A DNA stretch of 64,000 nt from an uncultured Gammaproteobacteria bacterium (GCA_963748215.1 CAVVHS010000008.1:64001-128000); one strand, 5' to 3'. Positions 41,795 through 53,278 are shown, numbered from the stretch's first letter. Program-made: numbers and translations. The notes: a model not told the origin generated them from the letters alone.

Positions 41795-41991
41795 AGTGAC
41801 CCGTTTTCGTAGACAGCCATGATCGACAACAGCTCGGCCAGCACCAACTGGCGCTCGGCCGGGGTCAGCGGGCCGATCCCCGGGAGCTGCCGATTCGCCC
41901 GCAGGGCGTCGATGTGCTCGTAGACCTTGTCACAACCCTGTTGGCAAAGCTGTTCAACACAGCGTTCAATATCAGTCCCGGCACTCTTCAT
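41791..41991 (-). CDS. Small hypothetical protein
   Basis: Stop overlaps the yjbQ start; LCQQGC...ELLSIMAVY. Confidence 0.65.
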   Translation of the reverse strand: MKSAGTDIERCVEQLCQQGCDKVYEHIDALRANRQLPGIGPLTPAERQLVLAELLSIMAVYENGSL

Positions 41992-42154
41992 GTATCTGTT
42001 TCTCGGACCAAAACCCGGCATTTACAAGGGAATCACGTTCAGGAATTCGCACCTGGATCACAGATTCCGGGTAGCCGGTGTACTAGGCTGGAATCCGGTC
42101 ATACAACTGCGTCGGTAAATCATACCGCAGCGCAGGCCTGGTGGGGAAAACTGT

Positions 42155-42649
42155 ATGAAAACCCGGACACTCGCTATTATTTCGCTGATCACCACCTGTT
42201 GCTGGCTGCAAGGATGTGCCACATCACGCCAGCCATTCCCGGTCATGGACATGATCGCAGCCAGTGATATCCCGCCAGCCGATCCGGCCCTCGATCATTA
42301 CGTTGCCCGCGTTCCGGGCAATGTCGCAGAAACCGCAACAGTCGCACGCGCCATTACCCACATATCACTCGGCCGGGCCCGCGACCAGGCGAGCCAGCAG
42401 CTGTGCGAGGGCAGCAGGTTGATTCCCGGCGAGGTCGCGAGCGTCACCGGGCCTTTCCCGGCGGCCAACCCCGACAGCGTGGATGGCAAGCCGGTCTGGT
42501 ATTACCGCATCAGTCAGCAACCGGGCTTGCGCGGATGTGCCAAAGTGAACGAGGCACGCCTGTTCCAGGCCATGCAGAGCAACCTGCCCTTCTGGATCAG
42601 TATCGAACGCACCGGCGCACCCTACTCCGCACTTGGCATGCTGGAGTAA
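42155..42649 (+). CDS. Hypothetical lipoprotein
   Basis: Lipobox LQGC. Confidence 0.7.
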   Translation: MKTRTLAIISLITTCCWLQGCATSRQPFPVMDMIAASDIPPADPALDHYVARVPGNVAETATVARAITHISLGRARDQASQQLCEGSRLIPGEVASVTGPFPAANPDSVDGKPVWYYRISQQPGLRGCAKVNEARLFQAMQSNLPFWISIERTGAPYSALGMLE

Positions 42650-44025
42650 CCCGGGTCGCCAGCCGGCGGGGGGGGTTCGAGCCCTGCGTTGATCGGACCC
42701 ACCACGTCGCGCAGCGTGCGCTGCTGCAAACCGTCATGCAGTGCCTGACCCAGTGCTGCCATCAGCTGATTCACGGCATCCGCAGTAGTCATCTGGGCCG
42801 AACTCAGATAGTGGCTCTCGCCGGCGATGCGCACGGCGTCGAGCAATTCGGCCAGCCGAATGGTTTCGAGGTCATGCTGCGGCAGATAGACCAGGGAGTC
42901 CTCGTCCTGCCATTCGACCAGGTAACCGGTATCGACCAGTACCCGGAGTATGCGGCTGACCGGCTCGTCCGGCAGACCCAGATACTCGATCAACTGTTCC
43001 AGCCTCCAGGGCGGCTTGTCATGAAAATGATGGTAGCCGACCAGATACATGAGCTGGAGTGCCAGTTGCTCGCGCAGGCGGTTGCTGAGCACGAAACGCA
43101 CCTGGTGCAGGGTCATGAACTTGGGATTCTGCACGAAATAGCTGATCTGCGAGCCGACCAGCAGGATCAGCCAGCTCAGGTACATCCAGATCAGCAGCAA
43201 AATGAGGATCGCAAAACTGGAATAGATGGCAGCATACTTCGCCGACGAGACGATAAATTCAGCAAAACCCCAGCCGGTGACTTTCCACAACACGCCCGCG
43301 ATCACACCACCGACCAGTGCGGCGCGAAACCGGACGCGGGTGTTCGGCATGACGACATAAATGAACGTGAAGGCCAGGCAGACCAGGATATAGGGTACCA
43401 GCCAGCCGAGATATAAGAACAGGGTCCCGAGCAGCTCGACCGAGGTCAGCTTCTGGGCAATTTCCGTATCCAGGATAGTGGCGGTGAATCCGACCGCACT
43501 GAATATCAGCACCGGCCCGATGGTGATCACGCTGAGATAGTTACTGAAGCGCTGTGCCATGGGGCGCAGCCGCTCGATCTGCCAGACAAAATTGAATGCC
43601 GCCTCGATTTTCTGTACCAGTGCAATCACGGTATAGATCAGCAGCGCAAAACCGACTGAACCCAGCATGCCGACCTTCATGTTGTCGACAAAGCCGATGA
43701 TAACCCCGGTGACTTCAGCCCCGCTCGGCCCGAGTGGCTCGAGCATGATATTGAACAGGTAGTGCTCGAGGCGTTGATGATAGCCAAAGCCCTTCAGCAC
43801 CGAGAAACTGACCGCAAGCAGCGGCACCAGAGACAGCAGGGTCGTATAGACAAGACTCATGGCACGCAGATTGAGTTGTCCGCCCAGGAGTTCCCGCAAC
43901 AGCATGTGAAACACACGCAGCACGAACACCACCATCCTGCGCACGCCGGCGAGCTCACGCAGATCATCGTCCCAGACGAACGATCTCAGGGCAGCGATAT
44001 TCCTGTTCAGCAGGTATGGCATCAA
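42622..44025 (-). CDS. YihY/BrkB family membrane protein with soluble C-terminal extension
   Basis: TTLLSLVPLL, IEAAFN, YAAIYSSFA, six TM segments. Confidence 0.9.
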   Translation of the reverse strand: MMPYLLNRNIAALRSFVWDDDLRELAGVRRMVVFVLRVFHMLLRELLGGQLNLRAMSLVYTTLLSLVPLLAVSFSVLKGFGYHQRLEHYLFNIMLEPLGPSGAEVTGVIIGFVDNMKVGMLGSVGFALLIYTVIALVQKIEAAFNFVWQIERLRPMAQRFSNYLSVITIGPVLIFSAVGFTATILDTEIAQKLTSVELLGTLFLYLGWLVPYILVCLAFTFIYVVMPNTRVRFRAALVGGVIAGVLWKVTGWGFAEFIVSSAKYAAIYSSFAILILLLIWMYLSWLILLVGSQISYFVQNPKFMTLHQVRFVLSNRLREQLALQLMYLVGYHHFHDKPPWRLEQLIEYLGLPDEPVSRILRVLVDTGYLVEWQDEDSLVYLPQHDLETIRLAELLDAVRIAGESHYLSSAQMTTADAVNQLMAALGQALHDGLQQRTLRDVVGPINAGLEPPPPAGDPGYSSMPSAE

Positions 44026-44301
44026 TCGTTCCTCGTGTCACCTGTCCGCTATTGTCTACACTACTCAGCCCGGCCGCCGGGTGCCAGCCTGCCTGCTGCG
44101 GTCGCCCGGCCGGCAGTCCTGCTCCGCCGGCCCGGGATGGAAAATCCTGCAGCTACTGGCCCCCTGTCCCGGGAATTTGCCGATTTACCAGGATTATGGC
44201 CATTGCAGCGCAGGTTTTCGCCCGGCCAGGGCCGACTAAAGACACACCCCTGGTCGCCGATACCACCAGATGTATCGATATAGACCCCACGGGCGCAAGA
44301 A

Positions 44302-45801
44302 ATGAGCGAGATATCCGGCAACAAACAACGTCTCTTGATCGTTGACGACTCCAAGGTCATCCGGGTCACCGCCCGCAAGATTCTGCAGAATCACTTCGAT
44401 ACTGTCGAAGCCGTCGATGGTAACAATGCCTGGGATATCCTGACCAGCCAGGAACCGTTTACCCTGATCGTCTCCGACCTGACCATGCCCAACCTGGATG
44501 GCTTCGGCCTGCTGGAAAAGATCCGCAACTCGCACCTGCCGCATGTAAGTGATATTCCGGTCATCATAATTACCGGCGCAAATGACTCCGAGACGACCAT
44601 GCAGCGCGCTACCGCGGCCGGTGCCACCGACTTCATCGGCAAACCGTTCGATTCCGTCCACCTGCTGGCACGTACCCAGGCACATGCAAGCTCCTACTCG
44701 ATCAACAACGCGCTGACGGACGAGAATATTTCGCTTGAAGACCAGTCACTGGTCGATCCGCTGACCGGTCTGGCGAATGACACGGCCTTTATGGAACAGG
44801 GTTGCCAGCAACTGGCCTACGCGATCCGGCACGACACGGGACTGGCGCTTGCCAGCCTCGAGATCAACGATTTCAGCGACCTGGTCAAGCAGCATGACAC
44901 GGATGCCGGTGAACTGGTCATCAAGGCGGTCGGCTCGGCGCTGGCGGCGAATATACGCAAGGAAGACATGGCAGCACGCACCGGCACGGCGCGATTTGCC
45001 TTGCTGCTGCCCAGCATGAACACAGCCGGCGTCAGCAAGCTTTCCGAACGGATCACCGGGGACATCGGCAAGCATGCCGTGATTGTCGGTGGCAAGCGGG
45101 TACGGTTTACCGTAAGCATCGGGATTGCCGTGCCCGACATAAAGCCCGACACAAGCTTCGATGACCTGCTCGCCTCTGCAGGCGACAGCCTGAAACAGGC
45201 CAGAGCCAGCGGCAGCAACCGGGTAATACCGGATGAACCACATATAGATGAGGAATTGCAGGATACTGCAGAACCAGGCATGGAATGGTCGCTTGAGCCG
45301 ATCGAACAAAAGGCCTCGTTCCTCAGTCCGGAGCAGGACGAGGCCTTGCCGGACATTGAAAGTGTGGAGATCGCAACCCTGGAACCGCCCCCCGAACTGG
45401 ATGCCGATCTGGCGCTGGACACCGGTGGTATTGTGCTGGAAAGCGAGCCGGACGAGACCGACCGGATGGAACCGTTAGTCGAGGCACACTTCGACACGAC
45501 ACTGGTCACGGACACTGCCGCAGAGGAACATGAGGAAACGATTATCATCACCTCGCCTTACAGCCTGTATGATCTCGAAGAAGTGGAGATAACAAGCCCG
45601 GCAGCGGATCCGGACACCACGGCTGAAGTGGACGATCAGGTCGAGGCATATTCACCGCCGGCACCGGAGACGGCGGAATCCGCGACACAGGCCATAACGG
45701 AATCTGCAATGCTGGATGAAACCGATGACGCGGAGACTATGGAAGACCGGCCCGGGATATTGCGGCGACTGTTGCGCGCCCTGTTTGGCAGAAGGGACTA
45801 G
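44302..45801 (+). CDS. Response regulator: REC + degenerate GGDEF + acidic tail
   Basis: LIVDD, SDLTMP, GKPF; DPLTGLAN; RKED-MAART-GTARF. Confidence 0.88.
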   Translation: MSEISGNKQRLLIVDDSKVIRVTARKILQNHFDTVEAVDGNNAWDILTSQEPFTLIVSDLTMPNLDGFGLLEKIRNSHLPHVSDIPVIIITGANDSETTMQRATAAGATDFIGKPFDSVHLLARTQAHASSYSINNALTDENISLEDQSLVDPLTGLANDTAFMEQGCQQLAYAIRHDTGLALASLEINDFSDLVKQHDTDAGELVIKAVGSALAANIRKEDMAARTGTARFALLLPSMNTAGVSKLSERITGDIGKHAVIVGGKRVRFTVSIGIAVPDIKPDTSFDDLLASAGDSLKQARASGSNRVIPDEPHIDEELQDTAEPGMEWSLEPIEQKASFLSPEQDEALPDIESVEIATLEPPPELDADLALDTGGIVLESEPDETDRMEPLVEAHFDTTLVTDTAAEEHEETIIITSPYSLYDLEEVEITSPAADPDTTAEVDDQVEAYSPPAPETAESATQAITESAMLDETDDAETMEDRPGILRRLLRALFGRRD

Positions 45802-46015
45802 CGGCCACCGACAGACCCGGCCCCGAAGTATTCGAACCACCTCGACCAGCCTGTTCCGGGCTGACTGAAACTGCACCCAGGCTACCGCATTCCGGCTGTT
45901 GCTCGCATGGCAATGGCGGATGGGAGCGCAGCAACGCGGGATGGCATTTCCTGCCGCTGGCTGAATATAATCACACCCGGACAAGCCTGCGCAGCGAGCG
46001 CCTCCGGGAGCAGTC

Positions 46016-46498
46016 ATGCCATCTTTCGATATCGTCTCCGAAGTCAACATGCACGAAGTCAGCAACGCCGTGGACCAGACCAACCGCGAGGTTGGCAACC
46101 GATTCGACTTCAAGGGCACGGATTCGCGCATTGAGCACACCGATGCAGTCCTCATTGTGCATAGCGACAGTGAATTCCAGATCAGGCAGATCCTCGACAT
46201 CCTGCACCAGAGACTTGCCAGGCGTGGCGTCGATATCGCCGCGCTCGAGGAAGGCGAAGTCGAGAGTCGCGGCAACAGGGCCAACCTGGCGATAACCGTA
46301 CGCCAGGGCATCGATCAGGATACTGCCAGACAACTGATCAAGTTGGTCAAGACATCGAAACTCAGGGTCCAGGGCAGCATCCAGGGTGACAAGGTACGCA
46401 TCACCGGCAAAAACCGTGATGATTTACAGAAAACAATCAGTACCTTGCGCAATGCCGCACTGGACCTGCCACTGCAATTCAACAATTTCCGTGATTAA
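46016..46498 (+). CDS. yajQ: YajQ-family nucleotide/c-di-GMP-binding protein
   Basis: MPSFDIVS, RFDFKG, LQFNNFRD. Confidence 0.95.
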   Translation: MPSFDIVSEVNMHEVSNAVDQTNREVGNRFDFKGTDSRIEHTDAVLIVHSDSEFQIRQILDILHQRLARRGVDIAALEEGEVESRGNRANLAITVRQGIDQDTARQLIKLVKTSKLRVQGSIQGDKVRITGKNRDDLQKTISTLRNAALDLPLQFNNFRD

Positions 46499-46608
46499 TC
46501 CCTCTGCTTCCCGTACTCGCCTGGATAACCGCATCGCTGTTCAGACTTGCCGCCAAGTAGATTAGAATAGGCGACTTTTCTCAACGCACATCAGCTGGAT
46601 ACCAGCCC

Positions 46609-47148
46609 ATGACAAAATCAGATCAGACCGGCGTTTCCGGCAAGAGCAGCTTCACGAAAGAGGATTTGCTCGACTGCGGCCACGCCCGCTTGTTCGGACC
46701 CGGCAATGCCCAGCTGCCCCTGCCCCCCATGCTGATGTTCGACCGGATCGTCCAGATCAGCAACAACGGTGGCGACCACAGCAAGGGCCATATCGTCGCC
46801 GAGCTGGATGTCACGCCCGACCTGTGGTTCTTCGCCTGTCATTTCGAGAACGATCCGGTGATGCCAGGCTGCCTGGGCCTGGACGCCATGTGGCAGCTGG
46901 TCGGCTTCTATCTCGGCTGGGCCGGCAGCCCCGGGCGGGGACGCGCACTCGGCGCCGGGGAAGTCAAGTTCAGCGGCCAGGTGACACCGAAAAACAAGAT
47001 GATCACCTACCGCATCCACATGAAACGTGTCATCCAGCGCAAGCTGAACATGGGCATAGCGGATGGAGTCATGGAAGTGGACGGGCGTGTAATATACAGC
47101 GCAAGCAACTTGCGCGTTGGACTGTTTACCACCACTGACAATTTCTAG
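46609..47148 (+). CDS. fabA: 3-hydroxydecanoyl-ACP dehydratase/isomerase
   Basis: [20 protein letters not shown]. Confidence 0.96.
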   Translation: MTKSDQTGVSGKSSFTKEDLLDCGHARLFGPGNAQLPLPPMLMFDRIVQISNNGGDHSKGHIVAELDVTPDLWFFACHFENDPVMPGCLGLDAMWQLVGFYLGWAGSPGRGRALGAGEVKFSGQVTPKNKMITYRIHMKRVIQRKLNMGIADGVMEVDGRVIYSASNLRVGLFTTTDNF

Positions 47149-47158
47149 GGTTCAGATT

Positions 47159-48379
47159 ATGCGTCGTGTAGTCATTACCGGTATCGGCATTGTTTCCAGT
47201 CTTGGCAACAACAAGGAGGATGTCAGCAACTCCCTGCGTGACGGTCGTTCGGGCATCGAGTATATCGAGGAGTACCAGGAACTTGGCTTCCGCAGCCAGG
47301 TAGCGGGTACGGTCACGATCGATACAGACGCCCTGATCGACCGCAAGCTGCGGCGTTTCATGGGCAACAGCGCCGCCTACAACTACATCGCCATGCAGGA
47401 AGCCATCGAGGACTCCGGACTGCCCGAGGACATGGTTTCCAATGACCGCACCGGCCTTATTGCCGGTTCGGGTGGCGCCTCTACCGAAAACGTGGCACTG
47501 GCAATCGATACGCTGCGCGAAAAAGGCATTCGACGGGTCGGTCCCTACATGGTGCCGCGCACCATGTCGAGCACCAATTCGGCCTGCCTGGCCACACCGT
47601 TCCGTATCCGCGGTGTTAACTACTCGATCAGCTCCGCCTGTTCCACCAGCGCGCATTGCATCGGTAACGGCTATGAACTGATTCAGTTCGACAAGCAGGA
47701 TATCGTGTTCGCGGGCGGCGGCGAGGAACTGCACTGGACGCTGACGCTTATGTTCGATGCCATGGGCGCACTGTCATCCAAGTACAACGACAGGCCGGAG
47801 ACCGCGTCCCGGCCCTATGATGCAACCCGTGATGGCTTCGTCATCGCCGGCGGCGGCGGCATGGTGGTGCTCGAGGAACTGGAACATGCGCGCGCACGCG
47901 GCGCGAAGATCTATGCTGAACTCGTTGGCTACGGCGCCACCTCCGACGGCTATGACATGGTGCAACCGTCCGGCGAAGGCGCCGTACGCTGCATGCAGCA
48001 GGCACTGTCTACGGTCAGCGAACCGGTCGACTATATCAACGCACACGGCACCAGCACCCCGGTCGGCGACATGCGTGAACTCGAAGCGGTACGCAATGTG
48101 TTTGGTGACAGGATTCCCCGGATCAATTCCACCAAGGCGCTGTCGGGGCATTCCCTGGGGGCCGCCGGCGTGCACGAGGCGATCTACTCGCTGCTCATGA
48201 TGCAGGGGGATTTCCTCTGCGCCTCGGCGAATATCACCGAAATCGACCCGCTGGGTGCGGATTTCCCGATCATCCGCGAGCGCATCGACAATGCCGGCGC
48301 CAACATCATGATGTCGAACAGTTTCGGCTTCGGCGGTACCAACGCCACCCTGGTTTTCAGGCGCTGGCAGGATAACTGA
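47159..48379 (+). CDS. fabB: Beta-ketoacyl-ACP synthase I
   Basis: SSACSTS, NAHGTST, GHSLG, NSFGFGG; follows fabA. Confidence 0.95.
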   Translation: MRRVVITGIGIVSSLGNNKEDVSNSLRDGRSGIEYIEEYQELGFRSQVAGTVTIDTDALIDRKLRRFMGNSAAYNYIAMQEAIEDSGLPEDMVSNDRTGLIAGSGGASTENVALAIDTLREKGIRRVGPYMVPRTMSSTNSACLATPFRIRGVNYSISSACSTSAHCIGNGYELIQFDKQDIVFAGGGEELHWTLTLMFDAMGALSSKYNDRPETASRPYDATRDGFVIAGGGGMVVLEELEHARARGAKIYAELVGYGATSDGYDMVQPSGEGAVRCMQQALSTVSEPVDYINAHGTSTPVGDMRELEAVRNVFGDRIPRINSTKALSGHSLGAAGVHEAIYSLLMMQGDFLCASANITEIDPLGADFPIIRERIDNAGANIMMSNSFGFGGTNATLVFRRWQDN

Positions 48380-48387
48380 CGGGCGGT

Positions 48388-49470
48388 TTATTTAAAGCGC
48401 AGCGGCGCCCGTGAATCGCGCCAGCGCTGGAATGTCGCGTAATCCCGGTAGCCACCCTCGATGATGAAATCGAGCACATTCTGCAGTCGATAGAACTGCA
48501 CCACCGAATCCACGCGGATGATCTCGGCACCGTTGTCATCGAAAAATACCAGGGTCGGGGTGTAGAACAGCCGCATTTCTTCCGCCCACTTGCGGGCCGT
48601 GGTGCGCTCGCCGGCGGGCGTAATCACCGGTGTATCTTCCCAGTACGAAAGCTGCACGACTTCCAGCTGCCCGATGCGACGCCGGATCCCGGGCTCCTGC
48701 AGTGGCCCGGTGTGCAGCACGTCGCAGGCATGGCAATTGCCCTGCTCGAATATCACCAGCAGGGGGCGCTCACCGGGTATACGACTGCGATCGAGCATGT
48801 ACGGCCCGGGAATGAAGAAGGATTCCTCGCTCAGGTCGCCGGGCTCGAATACCAGCGGTACGTCCGCACGGGCGAGATAGTCACGGAACGCCTCGTTGCG
48901 ATAATGCCCATCCGCGACAAATTCCATCGCTGCGCGAAACCGGTACGGAGGATAGTAGCCACGCAGGCGCAGCGCCTCCTCGCCGTCCTGGTCATAGAAG
49001 ACGAGCGAGGGGGTAAAATTGGTTCGTTCGCGTGATGCGAACTGGTGCTCGTCGAGTACCGCCCCCTCGAGATCGGTAACGGTGTTCTGCCCATGAATAT
49101 CGATGCCGATAATGTCGAAGTGATCCTGCAGGTAGGCCCGGATATCCTCCTTCGTCAGATCCTTTTCCAGGAACTGGCGGCAGTAGGCACAGTATTTCTG
49201 CCCAAAGTAGAGAATCAGACCTGCCTTGCCCTCGTCACGAACGTCCTGCAGGTCCTCACGCAAATCGAGAAAGCTCAGCTTGAACCAGTCCGGAAAGCTC
49301 AACGGCTCTTCCAGCGGCTGATCATCGAACAGCAGGTGATCCTCCTCGGCCGCCGACAGCGACATCATCACCACCCAGAGCAACAGCACCAGCAATCGGC
49401 CTGGCGTGCGCACCAGGCCCGGGATCAGGGAGCGGTAATCAGTATTGCGCATGCTCAATAGTTTTCCCAC
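48388..49470 (-). CDS. Periplasmic tandem thioredoxin-fold protein (SoxW-like)
   Basis: Signal peptide; PDWFKLSFLDL; CAYC and CHAC; two TP cis-Pro loops. Confidence 0.82.
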   Translation of the reverse strand: MGKLLSMRNTDYRSLIPGLVRTPGRLLVLLLWVVMMSLSAAEEDHLLFDDQPLEEPLSFPDWFKLSFLDLREDLQDVRDEGKAGLILYFGQKYCAYCRQFLEKDLTKEDIRAYLQDHFDIIGIDIHGQNTVTDLEGAVLDEHQFASRERTNFTPSLVFYDQDGEEALRLRGYYPPYRFRAAMEFVADGHYRNEAFRDYLARADVPLVFEPGDLSEESFFIPGPYMLDRSRIPGERPLLVIFEQGNCHACDVLHTGPLQEPGIRRRIGQLEVVQLSYWEDTPVITPAGERTTARKWAEEMRLFYTPTLVFFDDNGAEIIRVDSVVQFYRLQNVLDFIIEGGYRDYATFQRWRDSRAPLRFK

Positions 49471-49473
49471 ATT

Positions 49474-49881
49474 TCAATTGCCCGGACGATAACTAGCGTG
49501 ACTCGTGTCGGTTTCCCATAAGGCCACCTCGACCACCGGGAAACCACTTCCGGCCAGGTACTCGAAGATCATGCGCGCGATGACCTCGGCAGTCGGGTTC
49601 TCATCCGTGACGCGCACCCGCTCGCCGGCATCCTGCAACAGCGGCAGCAGCGGATCATCACGGCATAGTAACAGCGTGTGATCGATTTCCTCGTCCAGCC
49701 AGCCCCGTGCCACCCGCTTGAGTTCGCTGAAATCCTCCACCATGCCCCGTTCATCCAGTTCATCGCTCTCCAGGGTAATCACCGCACGCGCATTGTGACC
49801 GTGCAAGTGTCTGCACTTGCCGCCATAATTTAGCAGACGATGGCCATAGCAAAAGGCAACGGATTTCATGACACGGTACAT
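49474..49881 (-). CDS. queD: 6-carboxytetrahydropterin synthase (QueD/PTPS family)
   Basis: CRHLHGHN, NPTAE, WET. Confidence 0.85.
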   Translation of the reverse strand: MYRVMKSVAFCYGHRLLNYGGKCRHLHGHNARAVITLESDELDERGMVEDFSELKRVARGWLDEEIDHTLLLCRDDPLLPLLQDAGERVRVTDENPTAEVIARMIFEYLAGSGFPVVEVALWETDTSHASYRPGN

Positions 49882-50082
49882 ACACGGACCCATATTCAGT
49901 CAGTTAGCTGGCGGATATGAATAAATACTTGCGATCATTCCGCTAACAGGGGCACTATCATGCTGGTCTGGCGCCCTGTTGTCATTTTAAGAACCCTACC
50001 CCACCATGGCTATACATATCTTCAATATTGTTATTAGAATGTTATCCATGTCGATGATTCCAAACACCTTGAACGGAACCTG

Positions 50083-50478
50083 ATGCGCGGCATGCCGACC
50101 TGGACCATCCTGGGTGGCGGCTATCAGTCGTACCTGAAAGGTGACTACGACGCTGCCTACGAGGAATGGCTGCCGCTGGCGGAGCTGGGAGACACCGAGG
50201 CCCAGTACAACATCGGCGTTATGTACGACGAAGGCGCCGGCCGGCCGCAGGATCTCGCCCTTGCCGCCGCCTGGTACCGCAAGGCCGCGCAACAGGGTTT
50301 CATGGATGCGCAAACCAACCTCGGCATGATGTACTACCATGGCCAGGGTGTTGGCCAGGACCGTGAGGAAGCGGCGAAATGGTTCCGACTGGCAGCAGAC
50401 CAGGGCGACAAAGAAGCCACCGGATACCTGCAGATACTCGAAACCACCTGCCGCGACGGGCAGAAATCCTGCGCCTGA
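50083..50478 (+). CDS. Sel1-like repeat protein
   Basis: AQYNIGVMY..G, AQTNLGMMY..G, AADQG; start uncertain. Confidence 0.82.
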   Translation: MRGMPTWTILGGGYQSYLKGDYDAAYEEWLPLAELGDTEAQYNIGVMYDEGAGRPQDLALAAAWYRKAAQQGFMDAQTNLGMMYYHGQGVGQDREEAAKWFRLAADQGDKEATGYLQILETTCRDGQKSCA

Positions 50479-50578
50479 CAGTGCCGTCGCCCGCACGCCC
50501 CATCGCATACTTTCACTATTAGTCAGATAGTTACAGAACATACCGCATGTTAGACAGCAACTCAGCAAGGGCGGCCAG

Positions 50579-51637
50579 GTGAACGAGACATCCGACACAA
50601 GCATGCCGCCGATCGTGATCGATCAGGCCTATCCGCTGCCCGGCAGCATCGGCCGACCCGACTACGAAGCCGGCGAGCGCGAGGCCCTGATCGACGAAAT
50701 CAGGGAACTGTTGCGCGAGAAGAACGCGGTACTGGTTGCGCACTACTACACGGATGAAGACCTGCAGATGATCGCCGACCTGACCGGCGGCACTGTCTCC
50801 GACTCGCTGGAGATGGCACGCTTCGGCAACCAACATCCGGCCTCGACACTGGTCGTGGCCGGGGTACGTTTCATGGGCGAGACGGCAAAGATCCTCAACC
50901 CCGAAAAGCGGGTACTGATGCCGACGCTCAGGGCGGAGTGCTCGCTGGACCTCGGCTGTCCGCCGGACAAATTCATCCCGTTCTGCGATGCCCATCCCGA
51001 CCGGACCGTGGTGGTCTACGCCAATACCTGCGCGGAGGTGAAGGCGCGCGCAGACTGGGTGGTGACATCCAGTATCGCGGTGGACGTCGCCAGGCACCTC
51101 AAGGCGCAGGGCAAGAAGATTCTCTGGGCGCCGGACCGCTACCTCGGCGACTATGTGCGTCGCATCACCGGTGCCGACATGCTGCTGTGGCAGGCAAGCT
51201 GTATCGTGCATGAACGCTTCAAGGCAGAGGCCCTGCAGAACCTGGCACGCCAGTACCCGGATGCCGCGATCCTGGTGCATCCCGAATCGCCCGAGTCGGT
51301 CATCGCCCTGGCCGACGTGGTCGGCTCCACCACGCAGCTCATCAACGCTACCCGCCGGCTGCCCAACAAGCGCTTCATCGTCGCCACCGACAACGGCATC
51401 TTCTACAAGATGAAACAGGCGTCACCGGACAAGACCTTCATGGAAGCGCCGTCGGCCGGCGAAGGCGCCACCTGCGAAAGCTGCGCCCATTGCCCGTGGA
51501 TGGCGATGAATAACCTCCGCAACCTCGCCGAGGTACTGAGAACGGGCAGCAACGAAATCCACGTCGATCCGGAGGTCGGCAGGAAGGCGCTGCGGGCGAC
51601 GCAACGGATGGTCGATTTCGTTGCCGGCAAGGGCTGA
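50579..51637 (+). CDS. nadA: Quinolinate synthase
   Basis: [27 protein letters not shown]. Confidence 0.96.
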   Translation: MNETSDTSMPPIVIDQAYPLPGSIGRPDYEAGEREALIDEIRELLREKNAVLVAHYYTDEDLQMIADLTGGTVSDSLEMARFGNQHPASTLVVAGVRFMGETAKILNPEKRVLMPTLRAECSLDLGCPPDKFIPFCDAHPDRTVVVYANTCAEVKARADWVVTSSIAVDVARHLKAQGKKILWAPDRYLGDYVRRITGADMLLWQASCIVHERFKAEALQNLARQYPDAAILVHPESPESVIALADVVGSTTQLINATRRLPNKRFIVATDNGIFYKMKQASPDKTFMEAPSAGEGATCESCAHCPWMAMNNLRNLAEVLRTGSNEIHVDPEVGRKALRATQRMVDFVAGKG

Positions 51638-51648
51638 ATTCCCGGCGC

Positions 51649-52674
51649 ATGCGCGGGCGGCTGAATGTTCTGCTGCTTGCGGCCAGCCTGCTGTGGGGAT
51701 GCAATCCCGCCGCTGACCCCGATACCGCCCCGCCCGTCCCGTTCGGGCCGCAGCATCTGGGGATCATCGTCAACGACAGCGACCCGCTGAGCCGGCAGAT
51801 CGCGGACTACTATTCCGCCAGGCGGCTGATACCGGCCAGGAATATCATCCACGTGCAGTTCCCTGCCGGCGACAGCGTCATGCGTCCGCAGGACTTCAGG
51901 CCGTTACGGGCACAGATCCTGCAGCAGACGCCGGAAACGGTCCAGGCCTACGTGCTGACCTGGACCGCACCCTACCGTGTCGGCTGCATGTCGATCACGA
52001 CCGCCCTGGCGGCTGGCTTCAGGAAGGAATTCTGCGCCGCGGGCTGCCAGCCCACGCAGGCCAGCCCCTATTTCGATTCGGACAGTCGCCGGCCCTATGA
52101 TGACTTCGGCTGGCGGCCGAGCATGATGCTCGCCGGCACGACCCTGTCCGATGTAAAGACCCTGATCGATCGCGGGGTGCGTGCCGACGGCACGCACCCC
52201 GCCGGTACCGGCTACCTGATGATCAGTTCCGACCGCGCCAGGAACACGCGCGCCCGTTTTTACCAGGGCATCCTGCTCATGCAGTCCGACCGCTTCAAAC
52301 TGCAAATGCTGCAACTGGACAGCCTGAAGTACCGGGACGATGTGATGTTTTACTTCACCGGCCTGGCACGGGTGCAGAATATCGATACAAATACCTTCCT
52401 GCCCGGCGCCATCGCCGATCACCTGACATCGGCTGGCGGCCAGCTCACCGACAGCTCGCAGATGAGCAGCCTGCGCTGGCTGGAAGCCGGCGCCACAGGC
52501 AGCTTTGGCAGTGTCACGGAACCGTGCAGTTTTGTGGAAAAATTTCCGCGCCCGAACGTCGTCATCGATCGCTACCTGAACGGCGAGACCCTGCTGGAAG
52601 CCTACTGGAAGAGCGTGCAATGGCCGGGACAGGGCCTGTTCATCGGCGAGCCGCTCGCCGCGCCGTTTCACTGA
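51649..52674 (+). CDS. TIGR03790-family lipoprotein
   Basis: LWGC lipobox; IADYY..RR.IP, PGAIADHLTS, GATGSFGSVTEP, IGEPL. Confidence 0.85.
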   Translation: MRGRLNVLLLAASLLWGCNPAADPDTAPPVPFGPQHLGIIVNDSDPLSRQIADYYSARRLIPARNIIHVQFPAGDSVMRPQDFRPLRAQILQQTPETVQAYVLTWTAPYRVGCMSITTALAAGFRKEFCAAGCQPTQASPYFDSDSRRPYDDFGWRPSMMLAGTTLSDVKTLIDRGVRADGTHPAGTGYLMISSDRARNTRARFYQGILLMQSDRFKLQMLQLDSLKYRDDVMFYFTGLARVQNIDTNTFLPGAIADHLTSAGGQLTDSSQMSSLRWLEAGATGSFGSVTEPCSFVEKFPRPNVVIDRYLNGETLLEAYWKSVQWPGQGLFIGEPLAAPFH

Positions 52675-52769
52675 CCAGGTTGTACCTTCGGACAATATAC
52701 AGGACCTGCCCCCGCCCTTACCCTGTTACAGTAATACCGAACAAGACCAATAAAATCAGGAGCACCGCG

Positions 52770-53129
52770 GTGTCGCAGTATAAAAATCGTTTGCACCGTC
52801 GCAAATCGAACAAAATCAAGGTTGCAAAGCCGAACACACTGTCACTGCTCATGCACATTGCCAGGGCCACCGTACTGGACGGCATGCAGTGGCCCGTTAT
52901 TTTTTCCATCGTGCTGGCATTTGCACTGTACTATTTCGATGTCACCCACCATGAAAGCCTGACCATCCTCATCGTTACTTTCATTCTCGTTTCCGGCCTG
53001 ATACGCGGCTGCAATGCCTGGCAAGGCGACCTGGTCGAGTACCAGCGACTGCTCGCGATAGCCAGGCACGAGCAACTGGACGACGCAAAACACACTATCC
53101 CGGGATACTTTCCCTCGCATCGCTACTGA
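52770..53129 (+). CDS. Hypothetical two-TM membrane protein
   Basis: AGGAG RBS before GTG 52770; two hydrophobic segments. Confidence 0.55.
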   Translation: MSQYKNRLHRRKSNKIKVAKPNTLSLLMHIARATVLDGMQWPVIFSIVLAFALYYFDVTHHESLTILIVTFILVSGLIRGCNAWQGDLVEYQRLLAIARHEQLDDAKHTIPGYFPSHRY

Positions 53130-53278
53130 CCTGCAGCCGCAAGCACAGCGGGCGAGCCCATTGCCCCGTGCGCACACATCCTGCATGCCATAATAATCCC
53201 GCATTTGGGCCATCACCCTTGCGCCTTGCCTGATATCATCTGTATTGTTGCAGCTGTGTACCAACGCGCGTTCCTGTC

